Part shown: positions 12,053 to 24,068 of the stretch, one piece after another | Layout of the letters: each line of letters starts with the position of its first letter | Numbering within the stretch: position 1 is the first letter of the stretch | Assembly: GCF_001194135.2 (NCBI RefSeq) | Contig: NC_069005.1 | Location: 3,576,374-3,640,373 of the forward strand | Direction of reading: 5' to 3' | DNA: 64,000 nt | From: Octopus bimaculoides | Taxonomy: Eukaryota | Notes under the pieces: model-generated | What the model was told of the DNA's origin: nothing | Database searches by the model: none | Seen by the model: only the letters and a program-made list of their open reading frames with translations | Program-made: the position numbers and the translations under genes

Positions 12053-13862
12053 TGAAGAGCGTGTATGCCTTTGTGTGCATATAAATGTATGTGTGAACGC
12101 CTGTACGTCTCCCGCACTCTCAGTTTCTCTCTATATATATTTTATGTTTTTATGTGAAGTATGCAAGGAAAATATGTAGCATAAAATTTCAGAAGTAAGG
12201 TAGTAAAATCTGTAACGATATAAATATTAACCTTTTGGAAGACTAAAACTAAAAACAATACAAAAATTGTGAAGCATCTTTTGCAACATTGCAGCATTTA
12301 AAACTTTCCCCTTGAACCCTGACCTTCTAGAAATAAAATGAGTATGTTCAGCTAATGCATAATGAATATGAAAAATTCGAACGTGCTTCTCCGTGAATAT
12401 ATGATGAAACATATTCCTGGTTTGGTGGCAAGACTTATTCATATTTTACTACTTAAATACACACCTTCTTCCTTCGAATCCATTTTATGAACATTTAAAT
12501 TGAAAGTGTCTAAAAATAAGACATTTCTCTGGCGTATCAGCGTATAAACCGTGTTGCAAAGCATAAGTATAACGGAACATTATCTTATATTCCGAAAATA
12601 CTTATACCACCGACTCTTATACCAGTTAATGTAAATCCATAAAAGTACAAGATTTTGAAATTACCGATACACTAAATTTAAGGAAGAGAGACAGAATTTC
12701 GTATTATTCTATGTTATTTTCTGATTCATTTTTCATAAGTTTGTGAAAGTTCTAGAAAATCGGTGTCGCTAAAAGGTCAGATAGCAATAAATTTTATAAA
12801 TCTACTTCAGTAGGATATGGTCCCCTTTCTTCTATTTTCCTCGTTTCGCGTTGTTTCATTCTTCACTGCCGCTTTCCTACAAATTTGCAAAACATGCACG
12901 GCAATAGATATACACATAAATATGCATATATTTATGCATATTTATAAACGAAGACTCATACGTATTTGGGAGTATTATCCGCAGAATACATGGACACATA
13001 ATCTGTAATTGGTTGTTGAGGTGGTAAGTTTTATTTTAATTTAGTGTGCAAGGAATGGCATACAGACAAGGAATATGTGTCATATAGCGCTTATATGTGC
13101 AAGAATCTATACTGCTCATAAGAATAATAGCAAAATGGTGAGTGTGCGGTAACTACAGACATCCGCATGCACACACAAGCGCGCGTGCCCGTACACATGC
13201 ATGCACACGCACGCACATATTTTAATAATAATTATGCTTGTCATTGCATTACTTAGCCCATTGGTAACACCTTCACATGTTTAGAGAAAAAGAGGGAGAA
13301 AGAAAATAGAGATAGAGAAAAGAGGATGGGAGAAGTGTCCATGACGTGAGGTAGAGGGAGCGTAATTGTAACGCATACACGTGATTAGTTGAAGGGATAG
13401 AGAGAGCTAAAGAAAGAAGGGACAGAAAAGGATAAGGCTAATTGTGAGGGAGAAAGGGAGTGAAATAAAGAGGGACAGAGGAAAGATGGAGGGAGGAGCG
13501 TTCATGACGTGTGGCAGGGGGAACGTAATATCTATTTCGTAGTTGAAAAAGATGGTTGAAATTAGTGCTATAGAGGAGAGTGAGGAATACAATTTTAGCA
13601 GAGGGGTGATGTTCTGATGGTGAGATTAAAGAAAGGCAGAGAGAGAGAGAGAGAGAGAGAGGGAGATAATGGCGGTTTTAGTGGTAGTGGTGTTGGTGGT
13701 AGTGGTGGTGGTGGTAGTGGTGGTCGATGGTGTTTGCATAGTGAAAAATAATGTTTTGTGTAATTGAACTATTTTCTTTTTTATCACCTATCACTTAACG
13801 CATACGCATCCCAAAGTTGTCATTCGTTTTGAAAAAAAAAACAGTTACTCTTTCCCTTGTCA

Positions 13863-14090
13863 TTGGCAGAATCGTTAGCCCGCCGAGCGAAATGCTTTAG
13901 CGGTATTTCGTCTGCCGTTACGTTCTGAGTTCAAATTACGCCGAGGTCGACTTTGCCTTTCATCCTTTCGTGGTCGATTAAATAAGTACCAGTTACACAC
14001 TGGGGTCGATGTAATCGACTTAATCCCTTTGTCTGTCCTTGTTTGTCCCCTCTATGTTTAGCCCCTCTATAGGCAATATAGAAATAAAAT
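13863..14090 (+). mobile_element. SINE family A, A2 tail, near full length
   Basis: tggcagaatcgttag A-box-like, ctgagttcaaatt B-box-like, core gactttgcctttcatcctttc, A2 tail, A-rich end. Confidence 0.92.
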
Positions 14091-14113
14091 AAAAATATTA
14101 TTATTATTATTAA

Positions 14114-15180
14114 CGGATCAAAGTTAAAACTACATATTCTAATACATATAAAATAGAAAAATAAAAATATAACCAAAATATATAACTTACTAACATTTTT
14201 TAAAAATTCAGAAATTTAAAAATATAAAAATGGCTCAAGTTAAATTGATAAAGATTAATAAAACTAAGCACCTAAAAATACAATACCGATATATGTAGAA
14301 AATGCTAAACATAAAGAAACCCTCAACTACTATATTATAAACACATCAAAAGTCCACTACCTATCTATATAAAAATTATGGGAATTAATAATTTAGCATA
14401 ATATTTACCCCTATTTTTGCAAGTATAAATTACCATTTTTTACATGAATCGTAAGTTAATAGTAATTATAAATAAAAACTATGTTATAGATTTATTGAAT
14501 AAAACTAGTAAATGAATCTAGTAAAACAAATTAACAATGGAAGAACCATGAATATATTTAAACCATATTGCCTTAAAAGAATTAGACGGGTCACTTTTAA
14601 TAAAATATAATTCTCTAAATCTTAAACATTAAAAAAAAATATTAGTAGTCTTATAGAATTTTTCAGAGTATTTTATTTTAATGATGTTGTTCCCATCATA
14701 CTTAGCGCACAACAGACGGAGCAGCCATTTGCACAAGTGAAGAATTAAACATGTTGATAAGTATTCTTCGTTTTTTAATTTGGTTTACTAGATTAATTTA
14801 CTAGTTTTATTCAATAATTTTATAACTTATATCGAGGTTTTTATTTATAATTACTATTAACTTTCGTTTGACATAAGAATGGTAATTTATACTTGTATAG
14901 AGAGGGGTAAATATACTAAATTACTAATTTGTGTTTATAATATAATAGTTGAGGGTTTATTTATGCTCAGTATTTTCAAGATGTATCGGTATTGTATTTT
15001 TAGGTGTTTAATTTTATTAATCATTACTAACTTATTAATTTTTTAATTAAAAAAAAAAAAAATTCATTTTAGAATTTTTAAAAATATATTACTAATTTAT
15101 ATATTTTCATTGTATTTTTATTTATATCCTTATTTTTCTGTTTAATATGTATTTGAATATGTAGTTTTAATTTTGATTCG
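14114..15180. mobile_element. Foldback-type non-autonomous element with ~420-bp inverted arms, flanked by TTAA
   Basis: Left arm 14114-~14534 matches the reverse complement of ~14775-15180 in several blocks (e.g. cacctaaaaatacaataccgata; aaaccctcaacta.tatattataaacaca; ttattgaataaaactagtaaat). TTAA at 14110-14113 and 15181-15184. Confidence 0.8.
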
Positions 15181-15536
15181 TTAATAATAATAATAATAAG
15201 ATAAATAGCCTGTGAACGCACTGGTGGATTTAAGTAACAGGTATAGCCTGGAAAAACACACTCACGGCGCAGAAGCACGTGTAGAGTTCATTAATAATAT
15301 ATTCTTTCCCCACATACTAATAACAGGTAAGGTATATATTTCTTCAAATAATTTATAAATAAGTCTTTTAAATATTTTTTTTTATTATACGTTATAGTAG
15401 GTTTTAAAATGCTTATATTATTTTATTATTATAGAGAATTTAGATTTTTATGTGTATTCCAGACAATAGGGTTGTCCTGAAATAAGATTTGTGTATCTAT
15501 TGGTAAAATCCCAAATTTGTAATAATATTACAAATG

Positions 15537-15584
<48 letters not shown>

Positions 15585-17444
15585 NNNNNNNNNNNNNNNN
15601 NNNNNNNNNNNNNNNNNNNNNNNNNNNNNNNNNNNNNNNNNNNNNNNNNNNNNNNNNNNNNNNNNNNNNNNNNNNNNNNNNNNNNNNNNNNNNNNNNNNN
15701 NNNNNNNNNNNNNNNNNNNNNNNNNNNNNNNNNNNNNNNNNNNNNNNNNNNNNNNNNNNNNNNNNNNNNNNNNNNNNNNNNNNNNNNNNNNNNNNNNNNN
15801 NNNNNNNNNNNNNNNNNNNNNNNNNNNNNNNNNNNNNNNNNNNNNNNNNNNNNNNNNNNNNNNNNNNNNNNNNNNNNNNNNNNNNNNNNNNNNNNNNNNN
15901 NNNNNNNNNNNNNNNNNNNNNNNNNNNNNNNNNNNNNNNNNNNNNNAACCATTGATGAAATCATAAAATTGATATGCCCCGCATTATGACGATGTATTTC
16001 GTCGTTTGAATGACTGGCACCAACTGCGTACCTCGTTGACTCACCATGCTTGTTGTGGCTGTCCACCATATATCATTAGTAGAACAACCCACCTTTTAGT
16101 TGGTGGTGTTCTCCACAATCACCTCCCTCCTTGAGATTGCTTCCTTTCACATAATTTTTTTTTTCATTTATTTCTTTCAACACATTAGAAACATCTTTTG
16201 TCTTTGGAATGCCGCTGGTATTACCAGTCTACGTAGTCTAACGGCAGCGATAATGACCCATAGCAGCCTGACTAAAATCCTTTGTACAGACTTAGTATTA
16301 TCATTTCGTACGTTATATTTTCTTTGAAACAGCGTCAGTTTATGAAATTGCTATGAATATGCGTATGAGGAAACAATCTAAAGAAGTTAAATATGCAAAC
16401 AAATGGTACGATTTGAATGAGGTGACTGTATATAGATTAGTCTCATCATTTACAACCAATTGGTAAGAATTATTGTCACCAGTGGTCCAGAAATGTAATT
16501 AATACAAACAGAAAGTTTACATGAATTTCTCTCTGGTGAGGGGAATCGAGTGTCGCCTCTATAAATGCCAATAGATGTTATCATTTGCGATATTCGAGAT
16601 ATTCCGAAACACAATTAGTTTTCTATATCTCCAAAGTTTATAAAATGTCCATGTAGATATATATATATATATATATGTGCGTGTGATGAGATGTATGTGT
16701 GCGTGCGTGTTTATCTGTATGCAAACATACATGTAGGTATATTTCTGTATGTTTGACAGTATCTGCACACTATTTGTCAAAATTTGCAAGCGTGCATCTA
16801 TGTATGTCTCCTTGTCTATCTGTCCCTCTGCCATTCTGCATGGAGAGAAAGTTTAATTCTCTAATGGTGTTTTGTAAATAAATAACGAACGCACTTTCCA
16901 GTCTACTGGAGAAAAATGTAACAAATAGATGCGGTGTTGCCGTGATTGTTAGTGCTATGTCACGTGAATATCCTGACATCGTAGGCTTCTCGATATCTCG
17001 AGCTGTTCGAAAACCATTTTGCCATAGATAACTGTGACAGATCGGCTACTATATATCAGTTACAACCACGCAAGATTGATTTTGTTCGTTGGTCAGAATG
17101 TATGTACTAAACTTGTGACTTAGACTCAACTTTTACTTCGAACATTTCAGTATGACATACTTGCAGTTATTGTTGTCCAAGCTACTGTAATTGTTGTTGT
17201 TCATTCATGCTGTGTTTGTCTATCACCTTAATGAAAATAGAATTTAGGATTAATAATATATATGTCATTTTATATCGATGTAGCTGAGAATCAGTTCGTT
17301 TGCCTTCCCCTCCACACACACACACGCATATACACAAGCATTCAATAGCATTGTCTATGTATATAGGTAGCTATCTGTCTATCTGTTCGCATATAGAAAC
17401 TTAAGTCCATACGCAAGTTATGTGAGTGTGTCATTACACAAGCT

Positions 17445-17480
<36 letters not shown>

Positions 17481-17498
17481 TGTGTGTAATGCGTGACG

Positions 17499-17657
17499 TA
17501 GACGTGGCTGTGCGGTGAGAGGATTGCTCCTCCACCACACGGTTCCGAGTTCAGTACCGCTGCGTGGCAACTTGAATGGTATGTTCTACTATAGACACTA
17601 GCCGAATGATGGCCTTGTGAGTGGTTTTAGTAGACGGAAATTGAAAGCCCATCGTGC
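17499..17657 (+). mobile_element. SINE family B head
   Basis: gtggctgtgcggtgag A-box-like, gagttcagtacc B-box-like, ttgtgagtgg..gtagacggaaattgaaag; runs into (AT)n. Confidence 0.85.
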
Positions 17658-17689
17658 ATATATATATATGTCAAATGAAAGACAAAAGA

Positions 17690-17950
17690 TGGAATATAAC
17701 AGAATTTATTATTAATGACGACAACTGTTTCGACACACCTAGCATCGATTCGTCATGCGTGGGAATTCAACAACTGTTTCAGGAGCATCCTAAAGTGTAG
17801 ATGTATCTCGTCCAGTGATAAATCTATATTTACATAGTGACTTTCTGATAAAAAGGGGTTATTAATAGCATAGTCAGGATTAATAATTTCTATTCGTCGA
17901 GGCAACCTTTTTGCTTCTCTGAGTTTCAACTGCATTTGTTCGTACACCAT
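17690..17950 (-). mobile_element. Possible Penelope-like 3' remnant
   Basis: Minus strand ends with tgacga..cgaaacagttgtc..aataaa, typical of Penelope termini; short frame QLKLREAKRLPRRIEIINPDYAIN loosely recalls a GIY-YIG C-terminus. Confidence 0.3.
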
Positions 17951-17974
17951 GTGTATCGCTAATCAACCACATGC

Positions 17975-18374
17975 TTCGGTCGTGTGACTGGAGCAACCCC
18001 AGAGCACCATCCTGAAAAATTTTAATTGAACAAATCGCCTCAAGTACACTCTTGTTTTGTTAAGCTTGGTATTTTTCTACCGTTTTCTTCTGACGAATCG
18101 GTAGGTTATGTGGACGTAAACACGCCAACAAACGTTGTCAAGCGGTGATTGGGGACAAACAGACAGACATACGCACGCACACACACACACACACATACGC
18201 GCGCGAGCGCACACACATGTATATATAACGGGCTTCTTTCAGCTTCTGTAAACTAAATCCACTCGCAAGATTTTGGTCAGCCCAAGGTCATGGGAGAATA
18301 AATCACCGAAGGTGCCACGCAGTGGGACTGAATACGGAGCCGTGCAGTTGGCATGCAACTCTTGTGCCACGCAG
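17975..18374 (-). mobile_element. SINE family B, long form (head + internal microsatellite + 3' body)
   Basis: Head 18225-18374, internal (GT)n tract, then body gtttgtcccc..cttgacaac..gtttacgtcc as in the 22541 copy. Confidence 0.8.
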
Positions 18375-18415
18375 TGTGCGTTTTATGTTTATGCGCTATA
18401 TATATATATATGTAT

Positions 18416-18473
<58 letters not shown>

Positions 18474-19198
18474 NNNNNNNNNNNNNNNNNNNNNNNNNNN
18501 NNNNNNNNNNNNNNNNNNNNNNNNNNNNNNNNNNNNNNNNNNNNNNNNNNNNNNNNNNNNNNNNNNNNNNNNNNNNNNNNNNNNNNNNNNNNNNNNNNNN
18601 NNNNNNNNNNNNNNNNNNNNNNNNNNNNNNNNNNNNNNNNNNNNNNNNNNNNNNNNNNNNNNNNNNNNNNNNNNNNNNNNNNNNNNNNNNNNNNNNNNNN
18701 NNNNNNNNNNNNNNNNNNNNNNNNNNNNNNNNNNNNNNNNNNNNNNNNNNNNNNNNNNNNNNNNNNNNNNNNNNNNACACACACACACACACACTCACAA
18801 GGGCGTATTCTACATTATTGCAGTTCGTTTAATTGAAACGTTTCATCTAAAAAAACACTGCAGCCGCAACAACAAAAAAAAAAAAATAAATAAGAGAGAA
18901 AGAAAAAAGTTTTCTGTGCTAGGAATTGATAATCTTTGTGAATGAAACGGATACGTAAATGGATAAACAAAAAAATCTGTCTCAGGAAAGAAATACAAAC
19001 TATTTGACAAAAAATATGTTTGCTTGGGAATTTTTAATTTGTTTCGTTGAATAACAACTCGCGGGCCACAGCGGGACTGGAGACTGTTTTACTTAGTGAA
19101 GCATAGTTTAGTAGATATTGATATTGCACGAACGTAGTTTATACTCTAAAAGTAACTGACCAAGACATAATCCAGTCACAATATATGTAAGTATGTAA

Positions 19199-19410
19199 GA
19201 CGGCGAGTTGGCAGAAACATTAGCACGCCGGGCGAAATGTCCAGCGGTATTTCGTCTGCCTTGACATTCTGAGTTCAAATTTTACCGAGGTTGACTTTGC
19301 CTTTCATCCTTTCGAGGTCAATAAATTAAGTACCAGTTGCGTACTGGAGTCGATCTAATCGACTGGCCAACTCCCTAAAGATTTTGGACCTTGTGCCTAG
19401 AGTACAAAAG
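19199..19410 (+). mobile_element. SINE family A, A1 tail, full length
   Basis: cggcgagttggcagaaacattag head, B-box-like gagttcaaatt, core, ccttgtgcctagagta tail. Confidence 0.92.
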
Positions 19411-19598
19411 CGTCTGGTTGCAAAGCTAGCTTCTTAATGACACTTTCAATTTCTGAAATTGTCCTAGATATATATTTTATTTGTGGAAATAGGTTTGTAA
19501 CATAGAAATGTGATATCAGTTTCACTTACGAATTATCAAATTAACGACAAACGAAGACGAAGAAAATACTTTCCGAAAACATAGATGCTTGTAATAAT

Positions 19599-19741
19599 CT
19601 GTTCTACTCTAGGTACAAGGCCCGACATTTTGTGGGAGGGAGCCAGTCAATTAGATTGACCCCAGTACGCAACTGGTACTTAATTTATCGACCCCTGAAG
19701 GATGAAAAGCAAGGTCGACCTCGGCGGAATTTGAACTCAGA
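19599..19741 (-). mobile_element. 5'-truncated SINE A1 with 18-bp target-site duplication
   Basis: Exact direct repeat atagatgcttgtaataat at 19581-19598 and 19742-19759 flanks the insert. Confidence 0.92.
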
Positions 19742-20123
19742 ATAGATGCTTGTAATAATGAATGCTTTAAATGAAAAGTAAAAAATGTTGGTCTGTATTG
19801 GTCCCTTTACCTATGTAAGGAGTATATATATATATTTATATATATATATATATNNNNNNNNNNNNNNNNNNNTATAATTTAAATCTTATAAAGTAATATT
19901 TATAAGGAAAGCTATAGTGTCTAAAATAAACGAGAAATAAATGAGATTAAAAACGGGAATCTATCGAAAGTCTCTTACATAAATCCAATATTATAAAATA
20001 CGATTCTTCTCATCCGTTAAAGATAGTTTTATAGACTATGCAATACACTTGAATCTCTCTCTCTCTCCCTCTCTCTTTCTCTCCCTCTCTCTTTCTCTCC
20101 CTCCCCATATCTCTGTCTCTTTC

Positions 20124-20177
<54 letters not shown>

Positions 20178-20299
20178 TGTCTCTCCCTGTTGAAGGGCTA
20201 TGAGTATAGTTTTTACAGTTTAACATCTGCTGCAGATTAATTTGATTCCGTCACCTACCGGTGGGCTTTGGCTTTATAGGGGTCAGGTGAAAGGAATGC

Positions 20300-21250
20300 T
20301 GCTACTCTTGACAATATCAATGGCTTCAAACATGTATGGTACATAAAACATCCCTTTAAATTTCTCGGCTAAGAGCTCTTCCAAGTTCTCCACGCGTAGA
20401 GCTATATTCTTTTGTTATATCGCATCATAATGGATTGTATTTACGGAGTTCTTTCTGCCCTACTCTTAATCAAATCGGTTTGATGTTACCGCTGTCTTTC
20501 TGTTATATTCCAGTATCCTACTTGTTGCATCGTCTAACAAATATCATCCTCTTGAAGATGGTATGATCATCCATTCCTCAAAAATGTTTCCAGTCCTGCA
20601 TCACCTAGCTGCAAACAAGACACAACTCACTCACATTTTTATTGATTCCACGAAACTTTTAAATCATCATACACTGGGACAATAGTCTCTTCTCTTTTTA
20701 CGAAGAATGAAACCCAGAGCAACTTGCATTAAGAACATATCCCTGTATCATACAAGTTCTACATACGAATGGTACTTCGATAGATTTGCTCAAAATTATT
20801 TTGCACCACTGTTACCGACTTCCTCGCTTGATGAAAGCATTTCATTGCCTTAGCTAGGACCCCATCCAAAAGTGTAGCTGTTATGATCACAGTCAGAAAT
20901 GGTAAATGCGATTTACATTGAAATACTGGTCCCATATCTGATGGAATTCTTTTGTTATGTTGATAGACAACTTGGACGACTTCTAGCGAAGCGTCACTCG
21001 ACTTCTTAACATTAAAACACTAACAGAAATGCACTATCATTTAACCCACATGCAGGTGGTTTTCTCTAGCGCAGTTTTTTCTTTCATATTGCTAGAATGA
21101 ATGGCCATCTCCCCTTAGATACTGCTGGCTTCATACCTTCCACTAGGCATCCCCGACGCAACCGTTGTTTCCTAGACCACCATTCTCGTTGCTACCTCGA
21201 CTGCCAGTCCCTAAATGCCCAATATATACCGTATTTTCTCCCAATTCACT
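20300..21250 (-). mobile_element. Decayed L1/Tx1-like LINE ORF2 3' fragment
   Basis: Broken frame GINKNVSELCLVCS*VMQDWKHF (20581-20649) resembles the CxxC..H zinc-knuckle; many stops and frameshifts. Confidence 0.35.
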
Positions 21251-22174
21251 TCTTTTCCTCTGCTATATTAAAAGAAGTGAATTCACTGCAAGGGGGCCGC
21301 AAATTCCTTCAGAGTCAGCAACTATTAATAATAAACAAGAGAGATGTTTTGTTTTAAGAGGAAGTGTATAATGGTAAAATCAAATGAAGGTGATTACGTG
21401 CTCTTCTGATATTGTTGAATTCGTAAATTATGATTCATTAGTTTTATGTGTAGGCTTATTTTTATTGCCTTCACTATTTCCTTGGGTTCGTTTGCCCTTA
21501 GGCCCTCTTACAAGATATTGTATAAAACATTGCTTTTCGTTTATTATATTCTCGCTTTCATGCTGTACAATTAGGTATTTCACAGAATATCGATTCCTTT
21601 TATCACAATCATTATTTCAATAATTATTTGGAGAAGTTTCCTTTTGTATATTTAACAACATTCAAACATGAACAATAGCAGTTAAGCAAAACAATGATCA
21701 AGATATGTTTAATTCAATTTAAGTTTCCCAAAACATAGACATTCTATTTCATCACGAAATATATAGTTCTCACCCATTTTCAATATCTAAAATATTGTCA
21801 TTTTAAAAGTACTGACATCTTTAATTGCTCTAGAAATACATTATTAACACTTTTTAGTTGAACGTTTTACTTTTAAGCTTAAAATAAAATAAATACGCTT
21901 TGAAAGAAGCTAATAACATTATCATTATGACAGTTTGTTAGACAGTAGTAATATTGTTAATAAAAATAATCGGTAACAGGATCGTTAAAACGTCGTGGGA
22001 AATAATTCAATTTGCGTTTTCAATGACGAGTCAACACATTGTGAGTTCCATCCTCACCAGAACTGAAGTACCGATCAAGAATGGGTGTTTATGTAATAAC
22101 CTCTTGCGAAACTTACAACTAATCTACTATAATAATACTCTTGTGTTTTTCTCCGTCACAGCATATAAATGAGA

Positions 22175-22300
22175 AAGGAAGGTGATAGATGAATAAGGAA
22201 TGAAGGAGCGCTAGATGAATAAGGAAGGAAAGGGTGATAGATGAAAAGGGAAGGAAGGGGGGATAGATGAATAAAGTAGGAAGGGTGATGGCAAATTGGT
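22175..22300. repeat. Degenerate ~25-bp purine-rich minisatellite (~5 units)
   Basis: Recurring gatagatgaataagga/aaggaagggtgatag units. Confidence 0.75.
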
Positions 22301-22540
22301 AGTGGGATGATGGAAATTATATTGTGAAAAAAATCAGATAGCGTTTCAACTCTGTGTGCGTATATACGGGAAGTATGTGAATGGATGTGTGAACCAGCGT
22401 TTTTTGCATAGTAAACGATAATCGATGTCAGGTCTCAAAAGACAACCACTAGATAACATTGACAGGTGTATTGATTTGATTTACCATCCATATTTAAATA
22501 TAAAATACTACAATTAGCCGTTTCGTTAGGTGTTATATTT

Positions 22541-22910
22541 GAGTGGCTCTATGGTAAGGCGTTTACTTGGAAGCCACATGGCTCTGCGTTAAGTCCCACT
22601 GCGAAACACCTTCGGCAACTGTATCTTACTGTAGCCCCAGGCGGGACATGAATCCTTCTGAGTGGAAGTAATCGATTGAAACTGAAAGAAGCACCCCGCA
22701 TATATGAGTGTGTTACCGCCGCCACCACCACCGCCACCACTTGACAACTGGTATTGGCTCGTTTACGTCCACGTAACTCTGATGTTCGACAGAAGGGTTT
22801 GATATAATACGCACCAAGCTTAAAATATAAGTACTCAGGTCGATTCGATCGTCACTTAATATCCTCAAGATGGTCTTTATTATGTTCGCAGTCTAATGAC
22901 TAAAACAAAT
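22541..22910 (+). mobile_element. SINE family B, long form, diverged
   Basis: Head gtggctctatggtaag..gttaagtcccactgcg, aactgaaagaagc, body cttgacaactgg..gtttacgtccacgtaac..ggtcgatt..gcagtctaatgactaaaacaa. Confidence 0.8.
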
Positions 22911-22919
22911 TAACTGTAG

Positions 22920-22975
<56 letters not shown>

Positions 22976-23147
22976 AGTGTGTGTGTGTTTATTTGTATGT
23001 TTGCTTGTATATATATATATTAAAAATATGCACACAGAATCATGTATACGTGCACACTTTTAAGCGGGAATGAAATTAATTATCAACTACACGTATGCAA
23101 CTCCATATTTTTCAGAGTTCCTCCAAAATACTTGCATCGCAGTTTTC

Positions 23148-23711
23148 GGATCTTTTTTAAAACGGGGGCCACATTTTTCATTAATGTTTTACGCAGTGTT
23201 TTTGGTACGGAAAGACTTTCAAACTTCGTATACTTATCTATTTTGTGTTATAGAACAGAAAAATATTTTTGTATTCGAATTTATTTCATGTAAAAAAATT
23301 GTCTTATTTCGATAATTTCAACCAATCACTGACAAGTATTCAGTTGTTTATATTTACTCCTTTGGCTGATTAAGCGATGTAAAGCGAATTTAATGTCCAT
23401 ACCTTCGTTTTATTTGCTTTTTTTCATTTTAAATTTGCTTTAACCCTAACCCTAACCCTAGGGTTAGGGTTAATTGTTTCAGAATCGTTTGTTTATGTAG
23501 TCGGCACTTAATGTATATCGGCTGAATGGACGTCAGTGATTGGTTGAAATTACAGAAATACGACAACTTTAACATGGAATAACTTATGGATTTCTATTTT
23601 TTTTAAGAAGACTAAGAGAAAAAGTTGTTTTATATGTCACATTCTACCAGTGTTCCAAGTTTCAAAGTGTTTCGTTAATGAAAAACGTGGCCCCCGTTTT
23701 AAAAAAGATCC
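23148..23711. mobile_element. 564-bp MITE: 37-bp TIRs starting GG, 8-bp TSD, central telomere-repeat palindrome (Merlin-like by TIR/TSD)
   Basis: TIRs 23148-23184 and 23675-23711 are 36/37 identical; cagttttc duplicated at 23140-23147 and 23712-23719; internal inverted repeat aatttcaaccaatcactgac (~23314-23333 / ~23531-23550). Confidence 0.9.
23441..23473. repeat. Interstitial (CCCTAA)n-(TTAGGG)n palindrome inside the MITE
   Basis: taaccctaaccctaaccctagggttagggttaa; perfect 26-bp palindrome 23447-23472. Confidence 0.95.
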
Positions 23712-23819
23712 CAGTTTTCTTCTTCGAAATGCGAGCCAAATTTGAAATAATTTACATGAATTTGCATACATCGTACATGTTAATTTTCTATTTGTTTTAT
23801 AGAAACATACGATTTCTCG

Positions 23820-23850
<31 letters not shown>

Positions 23851-24026
23851 ATATGTATATGTTTAAATATATGTATTATTGTTGTTCTTATATAAAAAAG
23901 GGAATGAACGTAAACATACGCAGGATATATTCTAGACTATTCAAATTTATTCACGAATATATTAGTGATTATAGTGACTTTATGGCGGTTTTGACTGCTA
24001 TTTCTGGCATATATGGGTTTGTAACC

Positions 24027-24068
<42 letters not shown>

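Noticed and set aside
14114-15180. Mitochondrial insertion (very AT-rich, mtDNA-like appearance)
   Set aside because: No recognisable mt gene frame or tRNA; the inverted-arm structure explains the region.
23441-23473. Ancient chromosome end-to-end fusion site
   Set aside because: Orientation is opposite to a fusion, it is very short, and it lies inside a TSD-flanked element.
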